Source of the DNA: Candidatus Omnitrophota bacterium
GTDB taxonomy: Bacteria > Omnitrophota > Gorgyraeia > Gygaellales > Profunditerraquicolaceae
NCBI GenBank assembly: GCA_003598025.1
Contig: QZKH01000003.1
Span: forward strand, 311,218 to 375,217
Reading direction: 5' to 3'
DNA length: 64,000 nucleotides
This document shows positions 49,633-58,050 of the stretch, in pieces. The notes under the pieces are model-generated. The model made no database searches, had not been told where the DNA came from, and saw nothing but the letters and a program-made list of their open reading frames with translations. The translations under genes and the position numbers were made by a program. Each line of letters starts with the position of its first letter. Within the stretch, counting starts at the first letter, position 1.

Positions 49633-51110
49633 TTAAAACTCCCGTAGAATCTTAAAACCTGCCTCTTTGCCCAGGGAGGCATATCAATTTTTTCGATATA
49701 GACGATATCAGCCTTAGAGAATATTTTCAGCCTCTTTACTAACAAATACACAAGGCTAAAGACCAGGAACGAAGAAATTAGGTTTATTAACAATCCCCTA
49801 TTAAATAAGCACAAAATAGATACGATTATTGCCGGCATACTGCAGAATAAAGCCCGAAAATTTACTATTCCAAACTGCTTGTTTATAATGAACATAACCG
49901 CTGCGCATGCTAAAAAGCTGCTTGCGGCTGTGGCAACTGCCGCCCCAGTTATCCCGAATGCCGAAATAAATACGAAATTAAGCAAAATACAAATAACCGC
50001 GGTGATTAAATTTATGCTTCCTGTGAGGCGGATAAAATTAAAGACCGTTGAAACAGGATTATAAAAATATTTAATGCCCATAAACAAACTGCCTAAGGCC
50101 AGTATAATGAATATATTAATTGATTCGGCGTATTTGCTTCCGTATAACATAGGCATGAAAACACTGGCAAATACTATCCCGAGGGTTACTAAGAATGAAA
50201 AAAATAAAGCACATTGAGGCACAAATTTATTGAGATAAAATTTTACGTGTTCATTCCTATCCTGTATCTTATATGAAGTTATAATCGGCATTATCAGGGT
50301 ATACAAGAGTTGCGGGAGCATTACTAAATTTGATGTTAATGTCCAGGCTGCAGAATAAATCCCTACTGCGTAAGTAGAAATAAGTACTTTCAGCATATAT
50401 TTATCCACCCAATCCAGCGAAAAATTCCCCACAACAAAAAATATTACCGGCCAGGAAAAACTTAAGATATCACGGATCATCTTTGTATCGATGCCAAAAT
50501 GGCATATCCCTTTAATCCTCGGCCAAAATATAAGGATCGCGATAATATAAGATAAAGAAAGACAGCTGACCGCAAGGTTAAATCCGAAACTCTTAAAGGA
50601 AATTGCCAAAAACAGCAAAATGATAAAAACAAGGCTTCTTACCAGAGGCATTAATCCGAAAACTTTGAACTGAAGGCTACCCTGAAAACAAAAGTAAAAA
50701 AGATTAAATATTGCAAAAAATACGATGTAAATAAAAATTAAAATTGTTACGAAATGGCTATCTATGCTTAAAAAACTGCTGATCTTACTTCTTAATAAAA
50801 ATAACACTAAACCGACTATTATGGTATTTACAAAGACTATCGTTAATTCAGAATAAAAAGTCTTCCCGATAGACTTAGTTTTAAGAAATTCTTCGCTTGC
50901 AAACTTTGCCGCAGCCGGATTCAAAACCCAAGTAGAAGCAAACATGCTTAATATCTGCGCAGAGAACAGAAAAAGATTATACCTACCGTAATCATACGGC
51001 CCCAGAATCCTGGCTAATATGCTTACGGAAATTATCCCGCCAGCAAAAAGAAACAGCTGAGCCATAGATAAAAAACCATAATTATAAAACAAACGCCTTG
51101 CCTGGGGCAT
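49629..51110 (-). CDS. Wzx-type oligosaccharide flippase (second MOP-family protein)
   Basis: 493 aa with 12-14 TM helices. It has a Wzx-like N-terminus. Confidence 0.6.
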   Translation of the reverse strand: MPQARRLFYNYGFLSMAQLFLFAGGIISVSILARILGPYDYGRYNLFLFSAQILSMFASTWVLNPAAAKFASEEFLKTKSIGKTFYSELTIVFVNTIIVGLVLFLLRSKISSFLSIDSHFVTILIFIYIVFFAIFNLFYFCFQGSLQFKVFGLMPLVRSLVFIILLFLAISFKSFGFNLAVSCLSLSYIIAILIFWPRIKGICHFGIDTKMIRDILSFSWPVIFFVVGNFSLDWVDKYMLKVLISTYAVGIYSAAWTLTSNLVMLPQLLYTLIMPIITSYKIQDRNEHVKFYLNKFVPQCALFFSFLVTLGIVFASVFMPMLYGSKYAESINIFIILALGSLFMGIKYFYNPVSTVFNFIRLTGSINLITAVICILLNFVFISAFGITGAAVATAASSFLACAAVMFIINKQFGIVNFRALFCSMPAIIVSILCLFNRGLLINLISSFLVFSLVYLLVKRLKIFSKADIVYIEKIDMPPWAKRQVLRFYGSFN

Positions 51111-51115
51111 ATTTA

Positions 51116-52249
51116 TCAGTTGATTTTTATCCTTCCGGATACAATTGACATTTTGTTCAAAAGCTCTTCTTCTACCTTCATCGATTTACCGCTTAAATTC
51201 CTGTTTTCCTGCGGGTCACTACCCAAATCATATAGTTCTCTTTTTGCCGTTGCTTCGTTATATATGAGTTTCCAGTCTTTTGTCCTATAAGCACAAATAT
51301 TTGGCTTATTCGGAGAAGGGTGCGGACCGCTTAATGGCGCAGTCTCTATATAAGCCTCTCTGTCAATGACCCTATTCTCCTCTATGCCGTCATAAAAAGA
51401 TTCTCCCTGCATTTTTTTAAAACCCTCTTTCTGTTCAATCCCGAGCATGGCCATTAAGGAAGGCATTATATCAATAGTCCTGACCAGCGCATTGACCTGC
51501 CTGGCCTTCGGAAGTAAGGAATTGTATATAAAATATGCGAATGTCATTACTGTATAATCATATACAAATACGCCATAGCATTTTTCACCCGGCTTCTCGC
51601 CCAAAGAACAGCCATGGTCAGTCAATACCACTATTAAAGTATCTCTGAGGGCATTATCATTAGAAATCAAATCAATTATTTCACGCAGATACCTTCCAGC
51701 CTGCGCGACAAAACCATCATAACGCTCCAGGTTCCTATCTGTTTGGTGAAAATATTCTTTATCATCATCAGTAAATTTATTTACGACCTGACTGATAATC
51801 CCTGTATGGATATTGCTGTATTGGAAGAACAGAAAAAATGGGGCTCTTGTGCCTGCCTCTTTTATCATATCCTTATGCCTTAACGCAAGGTTATCTTTAT
51901 ATTCATCATGCACTGTTATTTCCGAGAAACCCTGAGCAGGAAGTATAATTTTCGACAAGACATCTGCCTTTGTATAATACCCTTGGCCCAAAAGATACTG
52001 CTGCAGCGTCATGCAATTATCAGCATCAAAATCAAGATTGCCGTAATAGGAATCTACACCGTTGCGGCAGCCATACATCCCGGTTAAAATCGCATGTACA
52101 GAGGCAACTGTGTATGGTGCATATGTAACCATGTTTGGAAAAAAAACACCTTCCTGTTTTAAATCCTGAAAAATCTGGAAAGAATCCAGCCTGTCTGCTC
52201 TAAGCTGGTCAATCATCAGAAAGATTATATTGGGCTTATTTTTCATCAA
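51116..52249 (-). CDS. sulfatase-family (alkaline phosphatase superfamily) enzyme with Thr in place of the formylglycine Cys
   Basis: PNIIFLMIDQLRAD is present. YAPYTVASVHAILTG aligns with sulfatase CxPSRAALLTG, but with T at the nucleophile position and no P/R. This is the LtaS/EptA/OpgB type. It is soluble with no N-terminal TM. Confidence 0.6.
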   Translation of the reverse strand: MMKNKPNIIFLMIDQLRADRLDSFQIFQDLKQEGVFFPNMVTYAPYTVASVHAILTGMYGCRNGVDSYYGNLDFDADNCMTLQQYLLGQGYYTKADVLSKIILPAQGFSEITVHDEYKDNLALRHKDMIKEAGTRAPFFLFFQYSNIHTGIISQVVNKFTDDDKEYFHQTDRNLERYDGFVAQAGRYLREIIDLISNDNALRDTLIVVLTDHGCSLGEKPGEKCYGVFVYDYTVMTFAYFIYNSLLPKARQVNALVRTIDIMPSLMAMLGIEQKEGFKKMQGESFYDGIEENRVIDREAYIETAPLSGPHPSPNKPNICAYRTKDWKLIYNEATAKRELYDLGSDPQENRNLSGKSMKVEEELLNKMSIVSGRIKIN

Positions 52250-53424
52250 TGTATGTTCCTCAGGATATTCATTATGCCACCCGGCGAAATACGCCTGGGA
52301 TTATTCGCTAATCTTTCTAAATTAGCGTTCCTGGAAATAACCATCAACTGCCTTTTTGTCTTTACGCCGAGTTTTGAAAGGCTTGTTTCAAGATTTATCT
52401 CTCTCATCAAATAGTATATTTTATCTCTGCAGCTATGGGCATCACGGCAACCCATTAAAGAATATAACTCTTGCAGGCTTTTCTTCACAAAGCTGCTTCC
52501 TCTTGTATCAGCCGAATCCGGATCTGTTATCCTGGAATTAAAAATAAGCGCCTCTCCGATAGTTAAGGCAACAGCATGGCCATGTGGTATGCCAAAATAT
52601 GAAGTTAAGGGATAAGATAAGGCATGTGAAACGGTTGTTTTAGTGATATTGATGGCTTTCCCCGCCAAATGCGCCGCCAGAGACATAGCCTTGCGGCTTG
52701 AACGGGATGGTGATTTAACAGCCCTAACAATATTATTTAACACCAGGTTAATCGCGCGTTTGGCTAATTTTTTAGAAGCCCTGTTTGAAGCAACGCTCCA
52801 ATAGGACTCTACTGCCTGGCAGAAAGCATCCATTCCCGTACAGGCAGTCAGATATTCATCCATAGATGTGCTCAGCTGCGGGTCAATAATAGCTGCTTCA
52901 GGCAATAAATATTTGTTAGAAACAGAATACTTTACTTTGTTACGGTAGAATACCGCAAAGTGCGTTGCCTCGCTGCCGGAACCGGAAGTCGTAGGTATGG
53001 CTATCAGGGGTTTCGGTTTACTGTATGTGTTTTCCTTTGATTTAACATAGTAGTCTATGCTTCTACTTTGGGGAGAGAAGAAATTGACTAATTTTGCCAG
53101 ATCAATAACGCTGCCTCCACCAACAGCAATAGATAGGTCCGGCAAGAATTTTCTATGCGCCCTGATACCTTTCTTAATATCAGATAATTTGGGGTTATCG
53201 CTAAAATCAGAGAATCTGCTGACTCGGTAATGTTTAAGAGTTTTGGTTAAGACGAATTTTGCACCGCTTTTTCCGAACGAACTTTTTCCTGAAAATAAAA
53301 GTATTTTCTTAGGGTGATACTTATCCAAAAGTTTATCCAGTTTTTTCAAACTGCCAAAACCAAAAAATTCTTTATATTTCTTCATTTTATTTAATGGATT
53401 CCATAAACTTTTTCTTAATTTCAT
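52246..53424 (-). CDS. iron-containing (group III) alcohol dehydrogenase; candidate phosphonoacetaldehyde reductase (FomC/PhpC-like)
   Basis: VGGGSVIDLAK, AIPTTSGSGSE and HGHAVA are Fe-ADH motifs. It lies directly downstream of ppd. Confidence 0.75.
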   Translation of the reverse strand: MKLRKSLWNPLNKMKKYKEFFGFGSLKKLDKLLDKYHPKKILLFSGKSSFGKSGAKFVLTKTLKHYRVSRFSDFSDNPKLSDIKKGIRAHRKFLPDLSIAVGGGSVIDLAKLVNFFSPQSRSIDYYVKSKENTYSKPKPLIAIPTTSGSGSEATHFAVFYRNKVKYSVSNKYLLPEAAIIDPQLSTSMDEYLTACTGMDAFCQAVESYWSVASNRASKKLAKRAINLVLNNIVRAVKSPSRSSRKAMSLAAHLAGKAINITKTTVSHALSYPLTSYFGIPHGHAVALTIGEALIFNSRITDPDSADTRGSSFVKKSLQELYSLMGCRDAHSCRDKIYYLMREINLETSLSKLGVKTKRQLMVISRNANLERLANNPRRISPGGIMNILRNIH

Positions 53425-54514
53425 ATAACGAGGTTGTTGGCCGCCCTAATCCGGGCCTTGAGCCCTTTTTTACGATAACTTCTATTAAACACGGCCCATG
53501 CTGTTTTGTATCATTCAAAGATTTTATCAGCTGGCTGACAGAATAAACCCTGCATGCTTTCCTATATCTGCAGGCAAGGGCAATAGAAACAATATCAATA
53601 TTGAGCGCGGCTGTAGCTTGCCCTCCTACAGAGTCGTGACAGCCATTATTTAAAACGATATGCACAAAATTAGCAGGGGAAGTTGAGCCGATTATTGCCA
53701 TGCCGCCCATGTGCATAATAAGAGCCCCGTCTCCATCAAGGCAGTAGATCGATTTCCTGCTCTCTAACGCAACTCCTAATGCAACCTGAGAAGCATGCCC
53801 CATGGAACCAACTGTCATAAAATCCAGGTTATGCGAAAGCTCAAGTGACTGGCGAACCTCAAACAACTCCCTGGAGATATAGCCTGTTGAAGAAACAACA
53901 ATACTCCGGTCACTGATATTGCTGATTATGGTTTTTATTGCTTCTTCGCGGCTCATAAATGAAAGGTCGCTCTTTGGTGTTTTTGACGCTCTCTTTATAT
54001 AGGGCTCAAAGGTTCCCTTTTTCACTATAATTGCTACAGGACAGCTGCGCTTAATCATAATCCCGTAGAGTTCTTTGACAATTTTATCAGCTCCGGCAAG
54101 ATCCCCCGGCAGGATCCTGTAAGGAACACCCAGCGCCTTCAACATCCCTAAAGTGACTTTACCCTGTTTTAGATGCTGAGGCTCATCTTTAACCTGCGGC
54201 TCCCCGCGCCAGCCGATCAACAACAGCATCGGTATTCCATAAACTTCAGGATCAGCCAGAGATAAAAGTGGGTTAACGCTGTTACCCAACCCTGAATTCT
54301 GCATATATACGAGCCCCGGCCTGGCGGTAGCTAAGAAATTCCCTGCAGCTAAAGCTATCGCATTGCCCTCATTAGCTGCGATAATATGTTTTTTCCTGCC
54401 GACCGTATCCTCAATAAATGCACAAAAATCCTTTAAAAGAGAATCCGGAACTCCGGAAAAAAAGCTTATTTTTTTTCGCGTAACCAGTTTAAAGAAATCC
54501 CTTGGTTTCAGCAT
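53387..54514 (-). CDS. ppd: phosphonopyruvate decarboxylase (ThDP-dependent)
   Basis: 375 aa. [11 protein letters not shown]-x-NNG is the ThDP GDG-x24-NN motif. Its length and position next to the PEP mutase fit Ppd/Fom2/AepY. Confidence 0.8.
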   Translation of the reverse strand: MLKPRDFFKLVTRKKISFFSGVPDSLLKDFCAFIEDTVGRKKHIIAANEGNAIALAAGNFLATARPGLVYMQNSGLGNSVNPLLSLADPEVYGIPMLLLIGWRGEPQVKDEPQHLKQGKVTLGMLKALGVPYRILPGDLAGADKIVKELYGIMIKRSCPVAIIVKKGTFEPYIKRASKTPKSDLSFMSREEAIKTIISNISDRSIVVSSTGYISRELFEVRQSLELSHNLDFMTVGSMGHASQVALGVALESRKSIYCLDGDGALIMHMGGMAIIGSTSPANFVHIVLNNGCHDSVGGQATAALNIDIVSIALACRYRKACRVYSVSQLIKSLNDTKQHGPCLIEVIVKKGSRPGLGRPTTSLYEIKKKFMESIK

Positions 54515-55821
54515 GTATTATCCTTCTCCCAATTTATTAAGCTGATTATTTCTTTTATCGGCATACACAAATTCTCACAATCATACGCCCTTTCGTTCTT
54601 GAGGATCTCTATGGCGACCTTTTCCATAGCAGGATAAGCGGCGCGCAGCAACTGGTTTGCATAAATAACCATATTCACGCCGTTTTTTATGAGCTCATTT
54701 TCATGGACTTGGCTGCAAGTAGAGGGTGCGACAACTAAAGGCACCTTTTTGTCAAATTCGGCATATTCCTTGCAAAAATTAAATATTTCCTCCGGGGTAT
54801 TTTGCCTGGTGTGGATCATGACCCCATCTGCACCGGCACCGATATAAGCCTTTGCCCTGCTGACAGCGTCATCCATACCCTTATTTAAGATAAGGCTTTC
54901 TACCCTGGCTATAATCATAAAATCATCAGTAACCTGGGATTTCTTGCCCATACTGATCTTATGACAAAAATTTTCTATACTATCCTGTGTCTGATTTGCT
55001 TCCGCGCCAAAAAGAGAATTTTTCTTAAGCCCTATCTTATCTTCGATTATTACCGCTGAAACCCCCAGCCTCTCAAGTGTCTTGACTTCAAAAATAAAAT
55101 GATCAGTTATACCGCCGGTATCCCCATCAAATATTATTGGCTTGGTGGTAACTTCTAATATCTCATTTAAGGATATCGACCGCGAGGTCAAATCAACACA
55201 CTCTATATCTGGCTTGCCCTTTGCAGTAGAATCAGTAAGGCTGCTGAGCCAGATGGCATCAAACTCTTTGTTTACCTGCCCATTAGAAAACCGCGCATTC
55301 TCTACTATCAATCCGGTAATACCATTATGGGCTTCAAGCACCCTGACAAAGCCTTTTGCCTGGAACATCCTTCGAAGCTGCCTGATCCTTACCTGAGGAG
55401 TAGTGCCTATTGAACGCAACTTTTCATGCAGCAGGGTTGAGGATATGCCTGCAGTATATGGGATTTCAACCAGCCTGCCGCCCCATTTTTTTAACGTTTC
55501 AATCACCCTATCCCTGACCTTTGCCTGTACACCCTCCCTCCAGTCATCACCGTGCACGACATAATCGGGGCGCAACTCTTCAAGGTTCCGGACATAATCC
55601 AGCGTATCCTGAGGCACCACCATGGAGACACCTTTTATATTCTCTATGATTATTTTTCTCTGCTCAAAAGACAGAAAAGGGATCCTCTTGTAGCTTGCTA
55701 TAGCGCTATCAGTAAGAAGCCCAACTGTCACCTCCCCGAGTTTTTTTGCTTCATTAATGATATTCAGGTGCCCGGGATGGACTAAGTCAGCGCTCATTGC
55801 CACATATACTTTTTTCGACAT
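54508..55821 (-). CDS. bifunctional cytidylyltransferase / phosphoenolpyruvate mutase (Fom1-like)
   Basis: The N-terminal ~130 aa have [16 protein letters not shown], the HxGH cytidylyltransferase motif. The C-terminal ~290 aa have [53 protein letters not shown] and [12 protein letters not shown]. These match the PEP mutase active-site blocks block by block. Confidence 0.9.
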   Translation of the reverse strand: MSKKVYVAMSADLVHPGHLNIINEAKKLGEVTVGLLTDSAIASYKRIPFLSFEQRKIIIENIKGVSMVVPQDTLDYVRNLEELRPDYVVHGDDWREGVQAKVRDRVIETLKKWGGRLVEIPYTAGISSTLLHEKLRSIGTTPQVRIRQLRRMFQAKGFVRVLEAHNGITGLIVENARFSNGQVNKEFDAIWLSSLTDSTAKGKPDIECVDLTSRSISLNEILEVTTKPIIFDGDTGGITDHFIFEVKTLERLGVSAVIIEDKIGLKKNSLFGAEANQTQDSIENFCHKISMGKKSQVTDDFMIIARVESLILNKGMDDAVSRAKAYIGAGADGVMIHTRQNTPEEIFNFCKEYAEFDKKVPLVVAPSTCSQVHENELIKNGVNMVIYANQLLRAAYPAMEKVAIEILKNERAYDCENLCMPIKEIISLINWEKDNTC

Positions 55822-55839
55822 ATTTTTGTCTCCTTGTAT

Positions 55840-57591
55840 CTATTTTATGTAGCCAAGTTTTTTCAGTTCTTGGCTCACTGCTTCTATATCCTTCTTATTA
55901 TTTTTACTTATATATTCCTGCCTTTTAACGCGGCAATGAGAATAATCCTTGAATCTTGGCTCTTGCAGACTTAAAAAACTATCATTAAAAATCTCTTTAT
56001 TTACTTTTCCATCCAGGTCTTCTGGTATCGGCAGTGACCTTGAATATAATACATTGGCAAATATATCTACTATATCTAAACCAATGACCCTTGAATTTTT
56101 ATTTGCCTTTGGGCCGCAAAATATAAACAATGCTTCGATACTATGGTCTAAAACCGGCTCTTTGAATTTTCTTACATGTTTTCCCGATATGATTTTCGTC
56201 CTGTCACTAAACCCGCTGAATCCTATATATTCATTTTTTAGCTTCGCGATTATATCGGGCATCTCATTTAGAAACCGGCCTGAAAACACCTCTTCTCTTA
56301 AATAAACCCTTTCAACAATTTTTTCACCTGTATCCGGATCGGTGATTTCACTCAGTAATTTTATTAACTCCTGCCTGAATAACTCATATTCCCTGCCTTG
56401 GTTAATAATACCAAACGGCCGCTGGCCTCTGGTATTAATCGTTACGGGCAAATAATTGCTTGTCGGAGGAAGCAGACTGTAAGCCTTGGTCTTAAGCCAG
56501 TCAAAAGGACAAGGATTAGTTAAATTGTCATCGATAATATCTTTAGAAAACCTGAAAAAAGGCACTGAAGGAAGGTTAAAAGAAACTTTAATCTTATATA
56601 ATAAATTCATGATTTTATGCCATAAGCTAGCCTTCTTATCATGCTCTTTATCAGCAAAGTTTCTTACTTGCTCATTAATACTCACTAAGCCTAACAACTT
56701 ATTTTCATAAAGCCACCTATGCAGTAAAAATTCCTTATTATAGTTAGCAGCTCCGTGGTCAGAAACGATAAAAAGGTCGGTTTTGGCCAGATCTACCGCT
56801 GCCATGATTTCGCTTAATATTGAATCAAGCTTAATATAAAGGCTGTCAATATACTCTCCGTTAAGGCCTAGCATGTGGTGGGCTTTATCGGGGCTCATGA
56901 AACCAAGCGTAAACATGTCCCAATCGTAATTCTCCATTATGCATAATGCCGTATCCTTGGTTTTATTCATCTTATACACATACGGTTCTGGCCTTGAAAG
57001 ATCATAATCAAAAAATTTAGTTACTGCCAGTTCCGTAAAATACCCAACCTTTCTTAAGGGCTCACAAAGGAAAGCAGGATAACAGAAGTTTTCATCCTTT
57101 GGGCTTAAATAATCCGAAATCATTATGCCGTTTATCCTCTCAGGAGGAAATGAAAGCGGTATATTCATGACAACTGAATTCAAACCGAAATCACTAAAAA
57201 TATCCCAGTACCTGGGCTCATCAATCATAGAAGCATTAACTACTACGGGGCTTAAAATATTCTTATCGTATCTATAATAACCGGTAACGCCGTGTTTAGC
57301 AGGATTTTTTCCGGTAATAAAGCTTGGCCATGCCGGCAGGCTGTCAGGAGGAATAGTGGAATTCATTTTTCCGCTTGCCCCGCTATTGATCAACATCTTA
57401 AAAGTAGGCAAAAGCCCCTTTGAAACCATATCTTCCACTTTATCAAGGCTTATGCCGTCAATAGCTATCACGAGAGTCCTACATTGAGAAACAGACGACC
57501 TGCCTGTAGGTATAAGCTTAAGCGCGTCTTTAAGCAGAGCCATCGGCTCAAATTGCCTTTCAAATTTCTGCGCATCAAAGCTTTTGCTCAT
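55840..57591 (-). CDS. alkaline-phosphatase-superfamily type I phosphodiesterase/nucleotide pyrophosphatase-like protein
   Basis: VIAIDGISLD is the DG metal motif. PPDSLPAWPSFITGKNPAKHGV aligns with NPP [22 protein letters not shown], placing Ser at the nucleophile position. 583 aa. Confidence 0.6.
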   Translation of the reverse strand: MSKSFDAQKFERQFEPMALLKDALKLIPTGRSSVSQCRTLVIAIDGISLDKVEDMVSKGLLPTFKMLINSGASGKMNSTIPPDSLPAWPSFITGKNPAKHGVTGYYRYDKNILSPVVVNASMIDEPRYWDIFSDFGLNSVVMNIPLSFPPERINGIMISDYLSPKDENFCYPAFLCEPLRKVGYFTELAVTKFFDYDLSRPEPYVYKMNKTKDTALCIMENYDWDMFTLGFMSPDKAHHMLGLNGEYIDSLYIKLDSILSEIMAAVDLAKTDLFIVSDHGAANYNKEFLLHRWLYENKLLGLVSINEQVRNFADKEHDKKASLWHKIMNLLYKIKVSFNLPSVPFFRFSKDIIDDNLTNPCPFDWLKTKAYSLLPPTSNYLPVTINTRGQRPFGIINQGREYELFRQELIKLLSEITDPDTGEKIVERVYLREEVFSGRFLNEMPDIIAKLKNEYIGFSGFSDRTKIISGKHVRKFKEPVLDHSIEALFIFCGPKANKNSRVIGLDIVDIFANVLYSRSLPIPEDLDGKVNKEIFNDSFLSLQEPRFKDYSHCRVKRQEYISKNNKKDIEAVSQELKKLGYIK

Positions 57592-57596
57592 ACTCT

Positions 57597-57953
57597 TTAA
57601 TCCTTGCCTTTGCCGTGTCCGGCATTACCATTAAAGGCCTCAATTTCTCTCTTTAATTTCTCGTACTGTTCCATCTTCCAGACAAAAAATTCCTGCGTAA
57701 GCCTGACCTTAGTCTTTATGCCATCAGGAGTCAACATGTACATATATCCAATTTTATTTTTTGAGTTTTTAAAATTCTTAATCTCAATAAAGCCTTTTTC
57801 AACAAAGGCATTGATAAGAAAATTGACTTTGCCTAGGCTGATCTTCAGCTTTTGTGAAAGGTAGCGCTGGGTGATCTGGGGATTAGCTTCGATTTCCGTT
57901 AGGACCCCTAAGGAATGCTCTAATTTGACTATATTATTACCATTATTATCCAT
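57597..57953 (-). CDS. MarR-type winged-helix transcriptional regulator (EPS-locus associated type)
   Basis: 118 aa. ITQRYLSQKLKISLGKVNFLINAFVEKGFI is the HTH. It is the first gene after the only clear promoter-like gap in the 3' half of the window. Confidence 0.6.
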   Translation of the reverse strand: MDNNGNNIVKLEHSLGVLTEIEANPQITQRYLSQKLKISLGKVNFLINAFVEKGFIEIKNFKNSKNKIGYMYMLTPDGIKTKVRLTQEFFVWKMEQYEKLKREIEAFNGNAGHGKGKD

Positions 57954-57977
57954 ATATGTTCAGACCTTGAACATATA
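57953..57977. promoter_or_regulatory. perfect 10-bp inverted repeat TATATGTTCA-gacct-TGAACATATA overlapping the MarR start codon; candidate operator
   Basis: Read directly from the sequence. The arms are at 57953-57962 and 57968-57977. The ATG of the regulator (57953-57951) lies at the edge of the left arm. Confidence 0.5.
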
Positions 57978-58021
57978 ATATATCAGATAAAATAAAAAAC
58001 TCAAATAATATTTTGTAAAAG

Positions 58022-58050
58022 ATTATACTGTAGGCGGTTACATTTGACTA
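58022..58050 (-). promoter_or_regulatory. putative sigma70-like promoter for the MarR-phosphonate operon
   Basis: On the minus strand: TAGTCA (-35-like, 4/6), an 18-nt spacer, then TATAAT (perfect -10). This lies in the 94-bp gap upstream of the regulator. Confidence 0.3.

Noticed and set aside
51116-52249. Annotating 51116..52249 as an arylsulfatase.
   Set aside because: The C/S-x-P-x-R formylglycine motif is absent. Thr occupies the nucleophile position, and Pro and Arg are missing. The protein matches the LtaS/EptA-type phospho-transferase or hydrolase subgroup of the sulfatase fold instead.
51116-57591. Calling the region a fosfomycin (or other phosphonate antibiotic) biosynthetic gene cluster.
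   Set aside because: There is no HppE/Fom4 cupin epoxidase, no FomD, no resistance kinase (FomA/B) and no NRPS/ATP-grasp tailoring typical of phosphonopeptides. The surrounding 50 kb is glycan assembly. The Fom1-like nucleotide activation is better explained as donor synthesis for glycan decoration.
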